Positions 52,354 to 64,000 of a DNA stretch of 64,000 nt are shown in pieces. Origin of the DNA: the human T2T-CHM13v2.0 reference genome, Homo sapiens; assembly GCF_009914755.1 (NCBI RefSeq), contig NC_060926.1. One strand, written 5' to 3'. Every line of letters starts with the position of its first letter. The stretch's first letter is position 1. A program made the translations under genes and the position numbers. A model generated the notes under the pieces. The model was not told where the DNA came from, searched no databases, and saw only the letters and a list, made by a program, of their open reading frames with translations.

Positions 52354-53837
52354 TGTGTCAGGAATTGGTGGGTTCTTGGTCTCAATGACTTCAAGAATGA
52401 AGCCACGGACCCTTGCGGTGAGTGTTACAGTTCTTAAAGGCAGCGTATCCGGAGTTTGTTCCTTCTGATGTTCAGATGTGTTTGGAGTTTCTTCCTTCTG
52501 GTGGGTTCGTGGTCTCGCTGGCTTCAGGAGTGAAGCTGCAGACCTTCGCGGTGAGTGTTACAGCTCTTAAGGCGGTGCGTCTGGAGTTGTTCATTCCTCC
52601 CAGTGGGTTCGTGGTCTCGCTGGCTTCAGGAGTGAAGCTGCAAACCTTTGTGGTGAATGTTATAGCTCATAAAGGCAGTGTGGACCCAAAGGTGAGCAGT
52701 AGCAAGATTTAGTGCAAAGAGCAAAAGAACAAACATACCACAGCTCAGAAGGGGACCCAAGCCGGTTGCCACTGCTGGCTCAGGCAGCCTTTTCTTCTCT
52801 TATCTGGCCCCACCCACACCCTGCTGATTGGTCCATTTTACAGAGAGCCGATTGGTCCGTTTTGACAGGGTGCTGACTGGTGCGTTTACAATCCCTGAGC
52901 TAGACACAAAAGTTCTCCTACTAGATTAGCTAGATACAGAGTGTCCATTGGTGTATTTACAAACCCTGAGCTAGACACAGAGTGCTGATTGGTGCATTTA
53001 CAAACCTTGAGCTAGATACAGAGTGCCAATTGGTGCATTCACAATCCCTTAGCTAGACATAAAGATTCTCCAAGTCCCTGCCAGATTAACTAGATACAGA
53101 GTGCCCATTGGTGCATTCACAAACCCTGAGCTAGACACAGGGTGCTGATTGGTGTGTTTACAAACCTTGAGCTAGATACAGAGTGCTGATTGGTGTATTT
53201 ACAATCCCTCAGCTAGACATAAAGATTCTCCAAGTCCCCACCAGACTCAGGAGCCCAGCTGGCTTCACCCAGTGGATCCCATACTGGGGCGGCAGGTGGA
53301 GCTACCTGCCAGTCCCCTACTGTGCGCCGGCACTCCTCAGCCCTTGGGCGGTCGATGGGACTGGGTGCTGTGGAGCAGGGGGCGGCGCTCCTCAGGGACG
53401 CTGGGCGCGCAGGAGCCCACGGCATGGAGGGGAGGCTCAGGCATGGTGGGCTGCAGGTCCCGAGCCCTGCCCCGTAGAGGGAGGCAGCTAAGGCCTGGCA
53501 AGAAATCCAGCACAGCAGCTGCTGGCCCAGGTGCTAAGCCCCTCACTGCCCGGGGCCAGCAGGCCAGCCGGCCCACCCAAGTGCGGGGCCGCAGAGCCCA
53601 CGCCCACCTCGAACTCGCGCTGGCCCACAAGTGCCTTGCAGTCCCAGTTCCCGCCCGTGCCTCTCCCTGCATACCTCCCCACAAGCTGAGGGAGCCAGCT
53701 CCGGCCTTGGCCAGCCCAGACGGACTCCCACAGTGCAGCGGTGGGCTGAAAGGCTCCTCAAGCGCGGCCAGAGTGGGTGCCAAGGCCAAGAAGGCACCGA
53801 GAGTGAGCGAGGGCTGCCAGCACGCTGTCACCTCTCA
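52354..53837 (-). mobile_element. LTR12 (ERV9) solo LTR, LTR12C-like
   Basis: Minus strand begins TGAGAGGTGACAGCGTG and ends ...ccaattcctgacaca; tandem CCAAT-containing ~41-bp units at about 52870-53230; perfect TSD GTCC at 52350-52353 and 53838-53841. Confidence 0.95.
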
Positions 53838-54057
53838 GTCCAAGTTACCACTTCCGTCTTTTACACAGAGTACAAGTGCTCTATTCTGACCCCTTAAGGA
53901 TTGCTCTTGCTAAGTCCATTTATCCCCGCCAAGTGGTTTTACTTCTGTCTCTTTTCCTGACCCTAGGCACATTTAGCATCAGGATACTCATCCATTTCTG
54001 AACTGTGTGTGAACAGCACACAAACCTATCACAATTTGTGAATGAGCATTGGAGAGG

Positions 54058-54669
54058 TGTAGGGGCCAAGGGAAAACTTTCCCTTCACCCTCCAAAGGTT
54101 TGCTGAAAATCACTGACAGAAAGAAGATTAACAGGAGAAAAGGCATAAAAACTTATTTGATTATAGTTTTACCTGACACAGGAGCCTTCAGAATGAAGAC
54201 CCAAAGGTACAGGGGTGATTACCCATTTTTATACTTAGGTTCAACAAAGTATAGCCATGTAGAAATACGATTGGACAAAATAGGCGATCTAATGCTAATA
54301 GACTGACCTGGCCTTGGCCAGTCTAGTTTAGATTCCTGGCCTCTCTGCAGCATTCCCTCCTCCTGGATATGGGATAGAACCTTCTCTAGAAGAGGAGTTT
54401 TATAACCTACAGTTGAGATGGGTCAAATAATTTATGGCCAGTTTTTACACAGAAAGGTGGAGGAAAGTTAGAGTAATGCTTTTGGGTTTTGTGTCTGGCT
54501 TCAGGGAAAGGGGGTTCCGGTTTCAATGACTCTTCTTAGGGAAGATGGGCTCCAGTTTCTATGACCTGCCTCCTAGAATGAGACTGAGAAGAGAGCAGGG
54601 CAGGAAGTCAGAGAAACACTGTTGCGTCTGAGGCCTTCACTTTGGGCTATCATTTTCTGAGCCTCAACA
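54058..54669 (-). mobile_element. MER39-like ERV1 solo LTR
   Basis: TG...CA termini; perfect TSD GAGG at 54054-54057 and 54670-54673. Confidence 0.82.
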
Positions 54670-54734
54670 GAGGGAAAAACAAAAAAGGTAAGGAGGAACT
54701 GCAAAGGCAGAAAAAGAGGGTAATATAATAATAA

Positions 54735-54900
54735 CTACCATTTTGTACTGAGCACCAGGCATCCTGCTGGGCGCATTACCTGGCTTCACTCATTTAATAC
54801 AACCCTAAAGCTGGGCACTGTCTTTACAGATGAGAAAACCGAAGTTAAGAAGTGATTTGCCAGGTCACCCAGCTAGTATCTGGCAGAGCCAGGGTTCCTC
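54735..54900 (-). mobile_element. MIR
   Basis: tttacagatgagaaaaccgaagttaagaagtgatttgccaggtcacccagctagt. Confidence 0.75.
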
Positions 54901-55149
54901 CAGCTCAAAAGAAGAGCTCTAGGAGAAATACGAGGAAGAAAGGTTTTTAATTGTTGTTTTAAAGGGCCAGCATAGGCGCTGGAGAGGAAAGAAAGGCATA
55001 TGCAAAGGGTGGAGAAACAAAAAGTGATGTTAAGTCAAGAGCCGAGGAGAGGGAACTGCAGGAGAAGCAAAGTGAAAAAAGGTTAAGAAACGCCTTGAGT
55101 ACTGCGAGGACGTTAAGATCCAAACAGCACAAGAAGGAAGGTCAAAATG

Positions 55150-55369
55150 AGGTGTACGAGGCCCGTGTGCCCCGCCCCGCCCCAGGCGGACGGCTGACAG
55201 CGCCCCACCCCAGGAGGAGGCGGGACTTCCTCACCGCAGAGTGGCTGCTTCCGGTAGAATCCGGAAGCCTGTACGGAGAAGGGGCGGGGCCAAAACTGCG
55301 CGCCCAATCGGGGTGACGCTCTAGCCTTGCCGGGGACTCGTGGGTAACTTGCTTTTGGGAGCCAGCGGT
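55150..55369 (+). promoter_or_regulatory. RPE: RPE CpG-island promoter and 5'UTR
   Basis: GC boxes (near 55171 and GGGGCGGGGC 55281-55290), inverted ETS pair 55247-55268, CCAAT 55304-55308, TGACG 55314-55318; CpG-rich to about 55760. Confidence 0.85.
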
Positions 55370-55491
55370 ATGGCGTCGGGCTGCAAGATTGGCCCGTCCA
55401 TCCTCAACAGCGACCTGGCCAATTTAGGGGCCGAGTGCCTCCGGATGCTAGACTCTGGGGCCGATTATCTGCACCTGGACGTAATGGACGG
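55370..55491 (+). CDS. RPE: RPE coding exon 1: [40 protein letters not shown](G)
   Basis: ATG at 55370; PSIL and HLDVMDG motifs of ribulose-phosphate 3-epimerase; donor GG|gtaact. Confidence 0.96.
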
Positions 55492-55789
55492 GTAACTCCT
55501 CCGGGCTCCGGTCGGGCTTGCCGCGCGGCGGGGCGGATCAGTGCACCTTTATTGACTGCTTGTTGGATGTACCGCGTCCCTGTACCACCGAGCGCCTCAC
55601 TCTGAACGCGATGCTAGAAGGGGTGTGGGGTAGGAGCCCTGGAGGCTCTAGCAGGAGCAGAACCGACGCGGTATCCTGGGTTGCGGCCGGGTCCCAAACC
55701 TCAGTTCCTCCCCTCCCCCCACGTAACGTGTGGTCTTCCATCACTTAGGACCCGGAAGCGACCTAAATCTTTAGGACATTTCTTCACTT

Positions 55790-56100
55790 TCAGCTAGAGA
55801 AACTGAGGCCCAAGGGGAGAAGCATGACTTGCCCAAGCTCATATAGCTAGTTAGTGGCAAAGCTGGGGAAACAGACTTCTCTAACGATTTAAGTTGGCAC
55901 CTGCGGTTAGGTTCCCGAGTTCTGCCACTTGCTGGGTTACCTTGGACAAGCCACTAACCTCATTGAGCTTCAGTTTCATAATTTGAAAAATGGAACTACT
56001 AACAGAACCTACCGCTTAGGCATCTTGGAAGATGAAATGAGCGAGTACATGAGAAGTTTACAGTGCCTGGCGTATATTAAGTTCTCTATAATTGTTAATT
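55790..56100. mobile_element. Two MIR fragments in opposite orientation in RPE intron 1
   Basis: gaaactgaggcccaagggga...gacttgcccaag (minus) and ccttggacaagccactaacctc...cagtttc (plus). Confidence 0.7.
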
Positions 56101-59100
56101 ACATCATTATTACAATTCTGATTTTCCTGTCTATTTTCTCTTCAGGCACCCTGCTCTTCAGGGAGGTCAGTTTTTTGTAAGTAATTTTTAAGCACCGTAG
56201 TTACAGCACATAATATTGTTTGGAGTCAGGATATTAGTTTCTGAAGTTGGTTACAGAATGAGGAAACAACCCCAGAGAAAGCAGTAAGACTCCCTCAAGA
56301 TTACAGAAGATTGTGACAGACTTGCAACTTGGCTCTTCCTAGGTTTGCCAAGTAGTTCTCTGAGCCCCACTGTTAACTGACTATAAAAATCATAAATACC
56401 ATTATCTTGAGTGGGGATGGAAAAATAAATTTATTTTAAATAGGTAAAAACCCTGTGTTCCCTCATTCAGTTTGCAAATTGGTGTTATTTTCTAAAGGTG
56501 ATGATTTCCTTTTCTTTTTAATGTTAATCTGGCTTTGAAGAGTTTTATCTTCCATTGCTCTATGTGGTTAAATGTATTGTTTCTCTTTGGCATTTTACCC
56601 AGTTACCTTAGGAGTCCACCCAACTGATAATGACAAAACTTTGACCATAGAGTACTAAAAATAATAGGCCAAATGTGTAAAAAGTTTAGTAAATATTACC
56701 TCTCACAAAGGTTGGCTTTTAATTGGCCATTATATGTAATTATACTTATATACTTTATTTTTGACATCTTTGCTTGAAAGCCCTAAACTGTCACAGGTAA
56801 TAATACCCTGAGTGTCTACCTCAAAGGTAAGTAGCTACATTTTTGTGCCTGAGAAAATACCTAGAGGGTCACAGGATGGAACAGCTATGTGTATATTTGT
56901 GAGTCTATTTGAGCAATTTGGTTTTAATTAAACTATGTTTGAGTAAGTTAATGGTTGGGGAAAGTAATTGTTTCGGTTCACCAGTCAGGATTATTAATGA
57001 TAACCATAGTAGCAATGTTTATGAGCACTTGACTGTTTCTGTTCTGGAGTTTTTTTGTGAATTAACTCAAACAACCGTTTGAAATTGGTGGTGTTATTAC
57101 CACCAGCATTTGACAGCGAGGAATTGGGCACAGAGAGGTTAAGTCATCTGCCAGTGGTCTCATAACTAGGAAATGGTGGAGCCAGGGTTGGAAGCAATGC
57201 AACAGCTTGTGTTGTCTCAAATGAAATGCTTTCTGTGGTTCCTAGGCTTACAGGGAATGACTAAGACATTGTTTGGCCTCAAAAAAGCAACTAATAATTT
57301 GTGTATTTATTTCTGTTAACTGTATACTTATTTTTGTTAACTTATTTCATGTCTCTCCTGCTACCCTATAAGCTTCCTGAAAGCCAAGTTTATCTTCTTT
57401 TTGCTCACCTATATATTCTTTGCTGGAAAAGCACCATAAGGTGCTTAGTTATTGTTGGCCGAATGAATGAATAGCTTAATCATAATAGGAGAAGTCTCTC
57501 AGAAGTCACTTTTGTCCCCTTGCAGCTCTATGGCAGACTGAGCTCAGTAAGGCAAAGTATTTACCATGGATCAGAGTTTTGGGAACAAAAAAATAAAAAA
57601 TGAAGTATTTGTTTTTTATTGATTCCTCTTCCCCTTTGCCAGGAGATACTTTGGTTTGGAAAAACTGAATTCTGCATACACAATTTTAAAATTATTTCCC
57701 TTTTAATCTTCTCTACTTTCTGAGTTAAGAGCTGTTTCTATTCCCCTTTTGCAAAGGAGGAAACCAGTGTAGGGAGATTCAGCTTCTTCCCTGATGTCTC
57801 ACCAGATTCAGCAGAGCCTGGCAGAGTTGGTGCCAGTGCCCCTACGTGATGTGCTGTGGTGTCTACTAGGCTAGGGCTATGAAAGTGGGCTGTGGACTCC
57901 TTTTTGAAATGTGGCCAGCCACAATGTCCCTTCCCTCCCAGGACTGCCTTCGTGTTTTTTTTTTCCTGGCCCCTTTTAAAAATCTCATCCAACATTACAC
58001 TTTGGATGTGCTTATTGTTTTCTAGTCTCCTCCCCACTAAGACCTCCAATTTCTCCCCTGATTACAACTGAATTTCTTCATTTAGAAAGTCAGAAACCAG
58101 TCTGGGGAATACTGTGGAAGGTGGAGCACTAGCATGACTGGATATGTGAAACAAAGGACAAGTGGATTCTCTGGGGGAAAAAAACCCTAGAAAACACATA
58201 AATGCATCATGACAGGACAGTGACTAGAATGTGTTCATCCTAACCATGGGAACAGAGCAAAGAATTAATTTCTAAATTCGCTACCAGGATTTAAAACTGG
58301 GACGATTTCACATTAATACTGCATTTCTGACTTTTGGGGGAAAAAAAAAAACAGTTCAAAGACTTGCTAGCACTGGGCCCTCAGTCTTACCAGGTGACAT
58401 GCGCTGGAGCTGACAGGGGCAGCCTCACCTTTAGTCATGTGGGGTGTACTTCATTTGGCCCCTTTCCCTATCTGCTCTGTTTTGCTCTTTGATGTTACCT
58501 AACTCTCAGCAGCATTGAGTTTGTGATTCCTGATTCACAGGAAGATTGTGTTCTAGTTACAGTCCTGTACCTTTTATAGCAACTCTAATCCTCCTCTTAC
58601 CATCTTTGCCTTGTTGGGAGATAGGGTAAATGGCTTGATCTGTCTGCAGTAGATTGTGTTAGAATTACGTAAGTAAAGCTTAGGAGTGATGATGGAACAT
58701 GAGAGAGAAAATTGTATCCTTGTATTACAAAAAATTATAGTGTAATTCCAGTAAGTCCCTGGAAGAAAGGGATACCTTTTTATTTTATTTTATTTCTTTC
58801 ACACTTAACTAACTCCAGGAAATAACTTAAAGGAAAAAGAGGCAGAATAAGATAATGATGAAGCAGACTTTTTAGTGAAGTTTCTCTCTGTTAAGTGAAA
58901 TAATTAAGTGTTTTCCAAGCTGGTCTGTTAACTCCCTCTGGCATTTGTTCAAAATTCAGATTCCCGGTCCTCTTTGGAGTCAGTAGGCTGAGGTAGAGAC
59001 TGTAAATACATTAGAACTGCTCTCATGGTTACTGTTTGGCAAATTTGGGACACCCTGACTTCGTGCTTAGGATTGTAGCCCCTTTTTGTTATGGCTTAGC

Positions 59101-59719
59101 GTAGCCTTTGGGTTTTTTTTTGAGACTACTGATGCATTCTTGTTCTTCCAATATACTTCGTGAACCTAGTGCATTGAATTGATTTTCAAAAGCACAAATT
59201 AAGTCACGTAACTTTGGGGTTAGTATTTTTATACGTTTTGTTTAGGTTTTCCCAAAAAAGTAAAAGTGTATTTTTTTTGGTTCTTTTATTTACTCGGGAG
59301 GTGGTTATTATACTTTTATTTTCATAATAAATGAAACCTACTGTTAAGACAACGAAACTATTTCCCAGACTACACAGCAAATTAAAAGAACAGTATGTGA
59401 AATTCAGATCTTTAATTCCAGAATTGTAAAACATTCAATAGGCCTTACTGCCTGCTTCTGTGACCCTTATTTCAAGTTCTAAGTAAACACATGCATCTTA
59501 TCCACAGCCCTGACAATCATTGCTCAGGCAAATGTTAGAATCACTTTTTTAATGATAGAAATTAAACCTCCAAAGACCAAGGTGTTATTGAGTGAAAGTG
59601 TCTGTTCCCATCCACCTTATGTGTCCCTCTCAGATGTGTCCTGAATCCTTACCTCTCTCTCTTGAATCTCTTCTCCGCTAGACTTTTTCCCCTTGTTTGT
59701 TTCGTTTGTTGTCATTATA

Positions 59720-59935
59720 GGGACAGATGAGCATAGTAGTTAAGAGTCTGGACTTTGTAGCCATAGTGCCTATGTTTAATTCCTGCCTCCAGCACTTACT
59801 GGTTGTGTGACCTTGGGCCTCTGTTCCTCATCTGTAAAATACAGTTAATAAAAGTACCTACCTCATAGGGTTGTTGTGAGGTTTTAATGATTTAATATAC
59901 AGAAAGTCTTTAGAACTGTGTGTGGCCCACATATA
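59720..59935 (+). mobile_element. MIR
   Basis: cacttactggttgtgtgaccttggg...ctcatctgtaaaat...cctacctcatagggttgttgtgagg. Confidence 0.8.
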
Positions 59936-60494
59936 AGTTTGGTTTTTATTAGCACTCATTCTACCTGTCATCTAACTGTGAGACCTTAAACATAGTTTGT
60001 ATTTTAACTCCCCTCCCACACACCTAATCATTTAACAGATCCAATCAGTTTTGCCTGTCTTGTCATTCTTAGTGTTCCTTGCCACTTACCAAGTGGCAAT
60101 TGCAGTCACCTACCCTCTTGTAATTTATTTCCCATCCTATCTTATTTATTAATATTTCTCACTTTAAGATCTTACTTCATATTTACAGCAGGACAAAAGT
60201 CCAGACACTGAGCTTGGCATTTGACACCTTTAATGTGATACTACCAACCTCCCATCTTTTTTTTACACTAGCCAAAGTTGGTCAATACCACTCTCCACGT
60301 CTTTGACTGTAACTTGCTTATTTCTGCTTTTGCTTCATTTTCAGCCTTTGTTTCTTTTCCCATCTTTATAAATCCTATTTTGTAAATCTCATGAACTTCT
60401 TTCTTAACGTTCTCTAATACTTGCTCTTATTTTATGTATGTTTTATCTATAATCACGTTACCTGCCTGTTATTGTATAGCTTTTCTTGTAATCC

Positions 60495-60860
60495 TCATAT
60501 AGGATAATACCTGCTGCTTTAACAAAGCCCAGATTTCAGTAGCTTAGCATTCTAGTTTCTCATTCATAAAAGAGTTCAGTGTGAGTGTTATTCCATTCTG
60601 TGGCTCTTCCATTCTGTAAGGGCTTTGTTGGCAGAAGGGTAAAGTGGCAATAGGAAAGGAATTCTCCTTAACCTTCTGAGCTCTGCAGTGACACACTACT
60701 TGCACTCACAGTCTGGTGGTGAGAGTCACATGAGCCACTTGGATGTAAAGGGAACTGGGAACTGGGATGTAAAGTCACATGGGCCACTTGAATATAAAGG
60801 GAACTGGGAATGAAAAGGTTTGACTGAGTTGACATCCCACTGACAACTATACGATAGCAG
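60495..60860 (-). mobile_element. Degraded MLT1-type LTR with an internal ~45-bp duplication (about 60725-60810)
   Basis: MLT1-like phrases; gtcacatg(a/g)gccacttg(g/a)at(g/a)taaagggaactgggaa occurs twice. Confidence 0.55.
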
Positions 60861-60871
60861 TAGGGTTGTGA

Positions 60872-61301
<430 letters not shown>

Positions 61302-61394
61302 CGGTTTGGTAAAGATTTAAGTGAACTAGTGATAGAACAAAAAGATTAACTGGAGTAGGGTAAAGGATAAGTACCGTGGGTCTGGTAGACTTGA

Positions 61395-61715
<321 letters not shown>

Positions 61716-62363
61716 TGAATCCACTTCCACAAATTATTAACTGAGTTACTTAAGGATTTTATTTATCTTGTGCTCTTCAAAGGGGATAATAATAGCATCT
61801 ACTTTGTAAGGCTGTCGTGAAGATGAAATGAAGTAAATTACGATGCTTGGCATGTAGTAAACCCTCAGTGAAAGGTGGTCGTTACTAATAAACACATCAT
61901 GTTTCTTTATTAGTCATCTTTAAGAAAGTTTAAAGAAACTGTCATTTAGTGCCTTGTGATAGAAGTGATTAGAAGTAGCCACAGGCCTCCTGAGATAGAC
62001 TAGGATTCAGGAGATCAATATTAGAGTCCAGAACTTACTAACTAGTGTGTGACTTGGGCAAGTCATAAAGCCTGAGGGTTTCTGATTTTATCATCTCTCC
62101 ATTTCTACTTGTCATGGGTCGTGAATTACGGAGTCAAATCATTATGAAAATATATGTGACGTGATTTGTTGAAATGTCAAGGAGACATTGCCTAGTAAAA
62201 CCAAAATGACCCATTATTTTTAGTATTACTTAATACTGATGATTAAGTATTAAATTGAAAAACATTGCAGACAATCCCCTCAACCTGTGTCAGAATTCAT
62301 ATTGAGAGAGATACAGAAACTGAATTGAAAACATTTTCAGAGTAGATTTTGTTTGTCTTGTAG

Positions 62364-62443
62364 GCATTTTGTTCCCAACATCACCTTTGGTCACCCTGTG
62401 GTAGAAAGCCTTCGAAAGCAGCTAGGCCAGGACCCTTTCTTTG
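62364..62443 (+). CDS. RPE: RPE coding exon 2: [26 protein letters not shown](D); the gene continues beyond the window
   Basis: Acceptor gtttgtcttgtag, donor TTG|gtaagt; completes the DVMDGHFVPN signature. Confidence 0.96.
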
Positions 62444-63130
62444 GTAAGTGGGTGTTACGCCATCTGAAGCTGGATGTGTTGCTCAAGTAAAGGAAAACTG
62501 GATGGTTGATTTTAACTTCCAAGTTCATCTGGCACCCTTTCCCCAACTTTCCTATCCTGGGTCTTCATTGGCCTGACTCCAGTAACAAGCCAAACTTCTT
62601 CCTGCCTCTGGGCCTTGGCTAATCTGCATGGAAAGGTAGTAGCTTGGCTGGCTGCCTCATCTTTGGGCCTCAAGTCATTTGTCATTTCCTCAGAGAGGCC
62701 TTTTTGAGCGTCCTCTCCCAAATTAACCTTTATCCAATTATCTTATCACCTGTTGATTTTCCTCTGAGAACTTCCTTTGATCTGCGATTACTTTTATTAG
62801 ACTATAAACTCTCTGAGGGCGGGGATTGAATCCAGTTTGTTTACTGTGGTTTTCCTAAAGCTAAGCATAGACATGATCAGGGCTCAGTGTAATTGTTAAG
62901 TGAATTTATGAATCAGTTGATTTATGGTCCAGAAGCCATTTATTTTGTGCAAATTGGAGCTTTCTACAAGTGGTGCCTAAATATTCACTCCAATGTCCTA
63001 GTACAATGTAAATTAAGATTTTTAAGATTACTTAGTGGCCTACAAGTGATTTATGTTAAGTTAGCAATGTCTCACCTGCCAGATCTCTTAAACATGAGAA
63101 ATTTTACACATTTTTATAAATAGTGTTATT

Positions 63131-63269
63131 TATTTTTTTCTTTTTTTTAAAATAGAGACTGAGTTTCGCCATGTTTCCCGGGCTAGTCTCAAACTCCTGG
63201 GCTCAAGCAATCCACCTGCCTTGGCCTCCCAAAGTGCTAGGATTACAGGCTTGAGCCACCAGCCTAGCC
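63131..63269 (-). mobile_element. Alu monomer (FLAM-like)
   Basis: Single left monomer; ataaatagt on both flanks. Confidence 0.85.
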
Positions 63270-63354
63270 ATAAATAGTTTTTTTAACGTAGCTTACAATT
63301 TAGTAGAACTTAGATTCTTTTTAATCAGCATATTGCTGACCAGTTTTATGAAGG

Positions 63355-63780
63355 ACTCTGTGCTGTTCACTATGGTAGTCATAAGCCACATGTAGCTATT
63401 AAAATTAAATAAACTTAAGTTCATGACCAGAATGGCCAACATGGTGAAACCCTGTCTCTACTAAAAATTCAAAAATTAATCAGGCGTGGTGGCAAACACC
63501 TATAATCCCAGCTACTCAGGAGGCTGAGGCATGAGAATCACTTGAACCTGGGAGGTGGAGATTGTAGTGAGCTGAGGTCATTCCACTGCACTCCAGCCTG
63601 AGTGACAGTGTGACACTCCATGTCAAAAAAAAAAAATTTTTTTTAAATTAAATAACATAAACTTAAAAATTCGGTTTCTTATTCACGTTAATCACATTGC
63701 AAGTCTTCAGTAGTCACATATTGTACAGTGCAGCTATGGGACATTTCCAATATCACAGAAAATTCTGTTGAATATAGTCT
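63355..63780. mobile_element. MER3/MER33-type hAT-Charlie element interrupted by a 5'-truncated + strand Alu (about 63418-63636)
   Basis: gtgctgttcactatggtagtcataagccacatgtagct...acatttccaatatcacagaaaattctgttgaa. Confidence 0.7.
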
Positions 63781-64000
63781 CCAGCCTCTGTGTAGGATCT
63801 ATCTACTTTGAGTTCACCAAAGAAAATGTACATTATTACCTCATTTATGTGGCATGAGGAAACAATGTTCCACCAATATATTCACCATTTTGAAATTTCC
63901 ATATAATGGGATATAGTCCTCTGATTATCTAAACTTTCTTTTAAGCCATGATTAGCTTATATAGCAGATACCGTGACTTTTCCTATGAATTACGGTTGTT

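Noticed and set aside
52870-53230. Regular ~41-bp repeats resembling a CRISPR-like array
   Set aside because: These are the tandem CCAAT/GATA enhancer units of LTR12, with no unique spacers, in a eukaryotic genome
53183-53897. Overlapping 100-205 aa ORFs on both strands
   Set aside because: GC-rich LTR12 U3 sequence is poor in stop codons; no gag/pol/env similarity

Overview
Primate, almost certainly human, genomic DNA: AT-rich and dense in Alu, L1, MIR and LTR repeats. The + strand carries the last 18 coding exons of UNC80, the NALCN sodium-leak channel subunit (6599-48309). They splice by GT-AG into one open frame of about 896 aa ending ...DAVLDESHV*, followed by a ~3.7 kb 3'UTR ending near 52010. 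A ~3.3 kb gap holds two solo LTRs with intact 4-bp target-site duplications (LTR12/ERV9 and MER39-like). The CpG-island promoter and first two coding exons of RPE (ribulose-5-phosphate 3-epimerase) follow. Most computed ORFs are repeat-derived or read-through artefacts. The most interesting signals are: (1) candidate cassette/micro-exons in the RBFOX-motif-rich introns of the UNC80 tail, led by a frame-preserving 63-nt exon at 40884-40946; (2) short linear motifs in that tail (PP1 RVxF, LC8-like TQT, class I PDZ ligand, RKR); (3) mutational relics, namely a templated Alu-plus-flank copy, a tiny 5'-inverted L1 and long AT-rich palindromes; (4) an antisense LTR12 with a mutated AATAAA box. Gene and repeat names come from recognition, not database searches, and the novelty of the candidate exons is unverified.
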